Part shown: in pieces, positions 58,930 to 64,000 of the stretch
Position numbering within the stretch: the stretch's first letter is position 1
Layout of the letters: each line of letters starts with the position of its first letter
Assembly (NCBI GenBank): GCA_964462875.1
Contig: CAYWZQ010000003.1
Location: 64,189-128,188, forward strand
Direction: 5' to 3'
DNA: 64,000 nt
From: an uncultured Nitrososphaerota archaeon
GTDB taxonomy: Archaea; Thermoproteota; Methanomethylicia; Culexarchaeales; Culexmicrobiaceae
Translations under genes and position numbers: made by a program
Notes under the pieces: model-generated
Database searches by the model: none
What the model was told of the DNA's origin: nothing
Seen by the model: the letters and a program-made list of their open reading frames with translations, nothing else

Positions 58930-59406
58930 AGCTTAAGTGATACGCTTGACCAAACTGAATTCATTGTTGCGGATGAACCAGTATCAATGTTAGATGCATC
59001 AATCAGAACTGAAGTACTCAAGTTAATGCTCAATTTAATAAGAAAAACTAACTGCTCAGTCCTATACATAACCCACGATTTAGCACTAGCCAGGTATATA
59101 TGTGATAGAATAGCTGTAATGTATTTGGGTAAAATTGTTGAAGTTGGAGATGCAGAAGAAGTAATTAGAGATCCTAAACATCCATACACCAAAGCACTTT
59201 TAGCAGCAATACCAATCCCAGATCCAACTGCTAGAAAAACTAAAATACTAATTAGGGGCGATGTCCCAAGCGCAATAAATCCGCCAAGCGGATGTCGGCT
59301 TCATCCAAGATGCCCTTATGCAATTAAAAAGTGCGGTGAATTAGGGCCTGAAGTTGAACCTAAAAGACTTGTCGCATGTCACCTAGTTGAAAGGGGTAAA
59401 CTATAA
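58930..59406 (+). pseudogene. 5'-truncated oligopeptide/dipeptide ABC ATPase (OppD/OppF-like) gene fragment
   Basis: The ORF begins inside the Walker B region ('..EFIVADEPVSMLDASIRTEVLKLM...YITHDLALARYICDRIAVMYLGKIVE') and has the OppF C-terminal extension 'CRLHPRCPYAIKKCGE'. There is no Walker A upstream. The D-aminoacylase gene start is directly adjacent. Start is approximate. Confidence 0.5.
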
Positions 59407-59640
59407 CTCCTTCATGCACTTCAAGCAATATCTTAAAACATATTTCTTTGTATTAAAGTTTGCTTCAAAGTACTCTCTTATCTCGTCAATAGAGTTGAAC
59501 TGAAGCCATCCACCGCGGATTTTGATTCTACCAATGCCCTTCACATCTGTTTCTTTTATTCTACGCGTAAATGGGCAATTGCTTCTATGAATAGTACATA
59601 TTTTTGTTGGAATATCGACATTTAACCAATACTTTGACAT
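59401..59640 (-). CDS. small Cys/His-containing hypothetical protein
   Basis: 79 aa with 'CTIHRSNC' and a C-terminal 'CLKC', a possible zinc site. Confidence 0.3.
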   Translation of the reverse strand: MSKYWLNVDIPTKICTIHRSNCPFTRRIKETDVKGIGRIKIRGGWLQFNSIDEIREYFEANFNTKKYVLRYCLKCMKEL

Positions 59641-60465
59641 GGCAGTATCAATATATGGTAAAAGGATTTATATAAATTTTAGGATATCAAAATATTTACT
59701 TCAAAATTATTATCTTATACTCCATTTACTCTTAAATCCAACAATTAAAACTTTAAAAGTCAATTAAGGAATTTCAGAGGCTCTGAATTGGAAATAATCC
59801 AGTAGAGCACTAATTTATGAGAGTTATTTCAAGATAGTTTTTGCACTATGTGACTTATTACTGAGGAATATCATTAATACAATATTATTTAACTTAAATA
59901 CATAAATAATTATGAGACAATTAGATTTGAAATTAATGCGTCTAATCAAAGTTCCATAATGGTAGTTTATTAAGCAATTCATTAAAGTTACTTCCTTATC
60001 GATGCTTATATTTAAATATCTTTAGTACGGAATTTTGGTACATAAAAACTGTACTTGCCAAAGTATATGCTGAATGCAAAATGGGTTTAAAGACTTTAGA
60101 AGTGGGTAAATAGCAATGAAAACTAAGCTTGACTGTTATAAAATGGTGAAGTAAAAGTGTTTTTAGCTTTCTGCCATTAAATGAGCGGGAAGGCAGTGTT
60201 TTCGGTCATTGAGGTCCTCATTCATCATCTGTCAGGAAGGGAGACTTCAATCATCCCATGGCTCAGATTAGGATGTGCTCCACATCACTTTCGGACCACT
60301 AGCGGCTCTTCATTGCCAGCAGAATTTAATTAGAGTGTTAAAGTTAAATTTTTTATGTTTTATGTATATGCACTTCATTATCAAGCATGCAAGTTTAAGC
60401 TTTGCATGTTAATGCAAAAGTTTAAAAGCAAATTTATTTAATGCTAGTCCGAGCTGGGGGAATGT
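59641..60465. other. 825-bp ORF-free AT-rich intergenic region with divergent promoters, a 7-1-7 palindrome (TTCAGAG-G-CTCTGAA near 59773) and a ~150-nt GC-rich island (about 60180-60330)
   Basis: No ORF of 60 aa or more on either strand. The palindrome was read directly. The GC-rich island 'ggcagtgttttcggtcattgaggtcctcattcatcatctgtcaggaagggagac...ctttcggaccactagcggctc' contrasts with the flanking sequence, which is more than 75% AT. Confidence 0.3.
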
Positions 60466-60705
60466 TTGTTCATGGCGCTTGCATATGTGCTAATTACTGC
60501 GGAAACTGGTACTGAAGGGGAGTTATTGAAGGAGCTCATGAAGATTGAGGGCGTTGAGGAGGCATATATTGTCTATGGAGTCTATGATATTATAGTTAAG
60601 GTTAAGGCTGAAAGCATAAAGAAGTTGAAGGAAATAATTTCGTGGAGAATTAGGAGGTTACCTAAAGTTAGGTCTACATTAACGATGATGGTTGCCGAGT
60701 TTTAA
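60466..60705 (+). CDS. stand-alone RAM-domain protein (Lrp/AsnC C-terminal ligand-binding domain)
   Basis: 'VLITAETGTEGELLKELMKIEGVEEAYIVYGVYDIIVKVKAESIKKL' is the AsnC_trans_reg fold, and the protein lacks an HTH. Confidence 0.55.
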   Translation: MFMALAYVLITAETGTEGELLKELMKIEGVEEAYIVYGVYDIIVKVKAESIKKLKEIISWRIRRLPKVRSTLTMMVAEF

Positions 60706-61778
60706 GGTATTATTTCAGTTGTATTATTAAATTGTGGGTAGAGGAGCTCTTCAATGGGGATTATCCCCCTACTAATTAAGTTCTGAATTTCATTTTTAAC
60801 CTTAAGTAATTCATTTATCATGTGAATTGTAGCTCTACAAATACTTCTAAACCCGCTCTCACCCCACAGTTTCTCCATGTATGCATATAGGCATCTACCA
60901 CCACAATACCTGAAGTATTGGCAACTAATGCATGGTTCACCTATTCTAATTCTATTAACATAGTTTTTCCATGAGCTCCCCCATATGCTGCCGAGCTCAG
61001 CCCATTTTTCTTCAACTGCTATTGGGCATGCGAGAACTCTTCCATCAGTTGAAATGGCTATTGAAGATGATCCTGAACCGCATGGTGGAGATTCAATCGG
61101 CTTATTGAGAAGCATGTATTTGAGAACTCCAATGAAAGGTACTAGACCTAAAACTTCACCATTATGTGCACTATTAACCCAAAACTTTATGAGCCTTGAA
61201 ATTCCCGGTAAATAGCTCTTTTCAAGCCAGCCATTAAAGTCTATCCAGCTGCAGCTCCAAACAACATTTAATTGCCAATGAATGTGGTCGAAGAGCCCTA
61301 GGGATAGTAGGTGCATGACATCAACGTATATGTCGCTTAGCTCTGAAACAGTCATTCTAGCAATTAGGTCCCCATTAAAACCTATGGACTTAAGCTTCCA
61401 TGCTGCTTCAATAACCCTCCTATAAACACCCTTCCCCCTATAATGGTCTGTGACTTCCTCCCTTCCATCAATTGATAGCAGTATTGTATTAAATCTCCTC
61501 CAGTAGCTTGATGGCAGCTTATCGATTAGTAGGCCATTTGTTTGAATGACGTATTTGGCCCAGTCAATTTCATCCATAACTTCAACTATGAAATCCGAGT
61601 TGAGCAGTGGCTCGCCACCATAGAAAGCAATAATTGGACTGTGATCTCCATCAATAAATTTCCGTAGATCTTCAACGCTGTACTTGACAGTCCATGGAAC
61701 AATTTTAGGGTTGAAGCTTCCACCGCAATATGTACAGTTCAAGTTGCACTGTCCAGTCGTAAACACTATGTATAGCAC
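60702..61778 (-). CDS. radical SAM enzyme with C-terminal SPASM domain (peptide/protein maturase-like)
   Basis: CxxxCxxC appears at the N-terminus as 'TTGQCNLNCTYCGG'. The C-terminal Cys cluster 'PCGSGS...ACPIA...CISCQYFRYCGGRCLY' is SPASM/twitch-like. Confidence 0.7.
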   Translation of the reverse strand: MLYIVFTTGQCNLNCTYCGGSFNPKIVPWTVKYSVEDLRKFIDGDHSPIIAFYGGEPLLNSDFIVEVMDEIDWAKYVIQTNGLLIDKLPSSYWRRFNTILLSIDGREEVTDHYRGKGVYRRVIEAAWKLKSIGFNGDLIARMTVSELSDIYVDVMHLLSLGLFDHIHWQLNVVWSCSWIDFNGWLEKSYLPGISRLIKFWVNSAHNGEVLGLVPFIGVLKYMLLNKPIESPPCGSGSSSIAISTDGRVLACPIAVEEKWAELGSIWGSSWKNYVNRIRIGEPCISCQYFRYCGGRCLYAYMEKLWGESGFRSICRATIHMINELLKVKNEIQNLISRGIIPIEELLYPQFNNTTEIIP

Positions 61779-61796
61779 AGATTAAAGTTATCTTGG

Positions 61797-62474
61797 ATGA
61801 AATTTAAGCTTAATTTGACGCTTGAATTTAAGCTATTAATTGCCTTTATGTCAACCATTATAGTTGCCTCCATAACTATATACTATGCAATGCCGATGGA
61901 CTTGAAGTATGAGGTTATAAGGAGATCTCCTTTTTGGCCAATAATATCAATTGTAATCCACCTATCGGAGGAGCATTTATGGATAAATATTGCTGGATTA
62001 ATATTCTGTGCTATTTTACTCGCACTCTTGAATGTTTACTTCGGGCTTCTATCTTTAAAGTTCAAATTGAGTGGTTTACCTGAAGTTTTAAGGAGAATTA
62101 GTGTTGCCTTGCTAGCTTATCCGCCAATAATGCACATAGTCACTCTCTCGATAGAGGAGCTGTTTTCACCATTAAATTTCAGAGCTGCGGGGATGTCCCT
62201 CATAGTGTTCTGTATTTATGGCTTCAATTTATCACTCTGGTCAACTACGCTTATCATATTTAGCTTAGCTGGGAAAATGAGGGAGTTTAATATTAAGCTG
62301 GCCGCTTGGCTGATAAATGTTTCACTGGCAATAATGATTTCCTTGATAACTTATCTCAATGAAATGTCTGAGCATGCAGTAGCAATTTTAACTAGCAGTC
62401 TTATTGGGACATCAATATACTTAAATTCAATTCAAAAATTCACTGAAAACCTTTTTGAATCTAATAGTGCATAG
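61797..62474 (+). CDS. hypothetical polytopic membrane protein
   Basis: 225 aa with about 6 TM helices. The true start may be the internal 'MSTIIV'. Confidence 0.4.
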   Translation: MKFKLNLTLEFKLLIAFMSTIIVASITIYYAMPMDLKYEVIRRSPFWPIISIVIHLSEEHLWINIAGLIFCAILLALLNVYFGLLSLKFKLSGLPEVLRRISVALLAYPPIMHIVTLSIEELFSPLNFRAAGMSLIVFCIYGFNLSLWSTTLIIFSLAGKMREFNIKLAAWLINVSLAIMISLITYLNEMSEHAVAILTSSLIGTSIYLNSIQKFTENLFESNSA

Positions 62475-62493
62475 TCTATTTAGGTGATTTGGA

Positions 62494-63171
62494 GTGGTTC
62501 AGTTAAGCACTGGATTAATAATTGCAGGTGCATATGCAGATAAAATAAGAAAAACTCTATTCGCACAGCTCAGAGATGAAATTAAGAGTGGAGATATAAC
62601 TCCGCAGGAAGTTGCTAGGGCAGCAGCAGAGCTAAACAGACTATTATACCACATCATAGTTGATAAGTTGAAGTCTGATAAAGGTGATGTTGTTAGAGCG
62701 AGAATAGAATATGAACTTGAGGAGGGCAGAATTAAGTGGCACTATGATACATTGAGGCTAGAGTACTTCAAGAGAGTGCCGGATGAAGAGGTAAGTAAGG
62801 TTGTTGAGGAAGCAGTTGCCCATGTAGAAGCAATACTCGAGAGGGCGCCAACCTATACTGTGGAGAAGCTCTTAGTAACCTCCTATGGAGACCACATATT
62901 CACAATTAAAATGGATGAGAGGGAAATAGGTGCACTCATGGTTACACCAGTAAATGAGGAAACGGCACTAGTTAGGGGAGCAGTAACGGAGCCAGCACCA
63001 GTAGTAATTAAGAGAGCAAGACTAGCATTGGCGGGTAGATCATTAGATGAAGCAGTCCAGCAAAGCATAGCAGACATACTTAAAACTGGAGAGTCAGTTG
63101 AAGCTGAAGAAGCAGAGAAAGCAATTAAGGAGATCAAGGCAATCGTAGAAGAGGAGCAAAGTAAATCATAA
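62494..63171 (+). CDS. hypothetical protein with acidic C-terminus
   Basis: 225 aa with no motif recognised. Confidence 0.35.
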   Translation: MVQLSTGLIIAGAYADKIRKTLFAQLRDEIKSGDITPQEVARAAAELNRLLYHIIVDKLKSDKGDVVRARIEYELEEGRIKWHYDTLRLEYFKRVPDEEVSKVVEEAVAHVEAILERAPTYTVEKLLVTSYGDHIFTIKMDEREIGALMVTPVNEETALVRGAVTEPAPVVIKRARLALAGRSLDEAVQQSIADILKTGESVEAEEAEKAIKEIKAIVEEEQSKS

Positions 63172-63174
63172 AAG

Positions 63175-64000
63175 CTAATTTGAATTATTGCTTTTCCTAA
63201 TAAACTTGTACACAACTCCCCTCCTCAACACCTTAACAATCCACAATTTATTTAATAACTTCCTCAAGTAACTGTAGGTTCCATCATCATAAACAACTAC
63301 CCCCTCATGTAATGCTAATAGAATTGTCGGATCTCCACGCTTAATAGATTCAACCGCATCACTAACAGTGTAAATTCTAAAGTCAACTAATGGTTCATGA
63401 AATAACTTAAATACTTCATTGAAATCATTTATCTCCATTTCATGCAGTACTAATAAAACATCTACATCGCTCCAAGGCTTCCAGTCACCTCTAGATCTCG
63501 AACCGAAAACAATTGCACATGCTAATGGAATGCATTTAGAAATCCTCTTAACATACTCCGCAATAACATGATCAATATTTCGCCCAAATTCATCAAATCC
63601 AAATTTCGGTGGGTCTGTAATTAACTTCTTAGCGATCTCAATTAGCTTCTCAATAACTTCCAACACTCTTCTCGCTTCACTTACATCTCTATAGAATTCT
63701 TCAGAGAGACCCAGCCTTAACCGTGCATTTGGATATCTTGAAGTGAAGTAGTGTATTGTCAAACTTTTCAATACCTCTATATCCTCACTGCTTAATCCTG
63801 CTAGCTCTCCATATTCCCTTACTACACAGTTATAAAGTAAGGATATGTCGTGCGACTTTATGAACATAGACTTTTTTGCCATTAATGATTTCAGAATTTT
63901 CTCAACTGCCTGTTGCATGTAAAAGTATGCAGCTTTAATTTCACTTAAATCAATGAATTTCCTAGCTCTCTCAAAATCTTCAATACCTTCCCTGAACCAA
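63175..64000 (-). CDS. HEPN-MNT fusion protein (HEPN domain + minimal nucleotidyltransferase), 5' end beyond window
   Basis: The reading frame stays open to nt 64000 ('...GIEDFERARKFIDLSEIKAAYFYMQQAVEKILKSL', the HEPN helix 1-2 pattern). HEPN R-x4-6-H region 'YFTSRYPNA'. C-terminal NTase motif 'AIVFGSRSRGDWKPWSDVDVLLV' (GS-x9-13-DxD). Confidence 0.6.
   Translation of the reverse strand, partial: WFREGIEDFERARKFIDLSEIKAAYFYMQQAVEKILKSLMAKKSMFIKSHDISLLYNCVVREYGELAGLSSEDIEVLKSLTIHYFTSRYPNARLRLGLSEEFYRDVSEARRVLEVIEKLIEIAKKLITDPPKFGFDEFGRNIDHVIAEYVKRISKCIPLACAIVFGSRSRGDWKPWSDVDVLLVLHEMEINDFNEVFKLFHEPLVDFRIYTVSDAVESIKRGDPTILLALHEGVVVYDDGTYSYLRKLLNKLWIVKVLRRGVVYKFIRKSNNSN

Noticed and set aside
59641-60465. 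CRISPR array / tRNA / SRP RNA in the long intergenic region
   Set aside because: I found no regularly spaced direct repeats, no tRNA D/T-arm consensus (GTTCRAATC) and no SRP helix-8 or RNase P P4 motifs. Only an unclassified GC-rich island remains.

Overview
This 64 kb window looks like chromosomal DNA from an AT-rich archaeon, probably a crenarchaeal/TACK-type thermophile. The genes supporting that include a catalytic-only ThrRS, an archaeal TyrRS, Elp3, a type-2 MetAP, ribosomal protein eS25 and a PaREP1/HEPN-like protein. Coding density is high: about 75 CDS, many with 1-4 nt start/stop overlaps. I recognised no rRNA, tRNA, CRISPR array or IS element.

Main blocks, in order:
- 0.3-6.6 kb: small HEPN-like and retropepsin-like genes, a GHMP kinase and an MFS transporter. 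A decayed paralog and a PIN remnant also sit here.
- 6.6-15.8 kb: a locus of signal-peptide / C-terminal-TM surface proteins with an ABC-2 exporter. It includes an inverted pair of 359-aa paralogs flanking an 813-aa surface protein whose 5' half has a strikingly G+T-skewed coding strand.
- 16.6-19.9 kb: a translationally coupled operon of a short SMC-like ATPase plus ScpA-like and ScpB-like proteins. I consider this the most interesting system in the window.
- 20-35 kb: lipid and glycosyl transferases, thrS, sfsA, tyrS, a CitG-like gene, an MFS transporter, a Trm5-family methyltransferase and elp3.
- 35.9-36.8 kb: a trpB2 pseudogene with several frameshifts.
- 37-50 kb: a geranylgeranyl reductase-family oxidoreductase, an APC permease, a UPF0210 protein, small HTH genes, map, a PfkB kinase, rps25e and a cupin.
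- 50.2-53.5 kb: DUF134, a tandem NifX-like protein, two MinD/ferredoxin ATPases and a MoaD-like gene.
- 54-59 kb: a UPF0016 transporter, an ABC-2 exporter, a D-aminoacylase and a 5'-truncated oppF-like fragment.
- 59.6-60.5 kb: a long AT-rich ORF-free region with a GC-rich island.
- 60.5-64 kb: a stand-alone RAM-domain protein, a radical-SAM/SPASM enzyme, and a HEPN-MNT fusion that runs off the window edge.

All family assignments rest on motifs I recognised by eye in the supplied translations. Several hand-counted coordinates are approximate by 1-3 nt.
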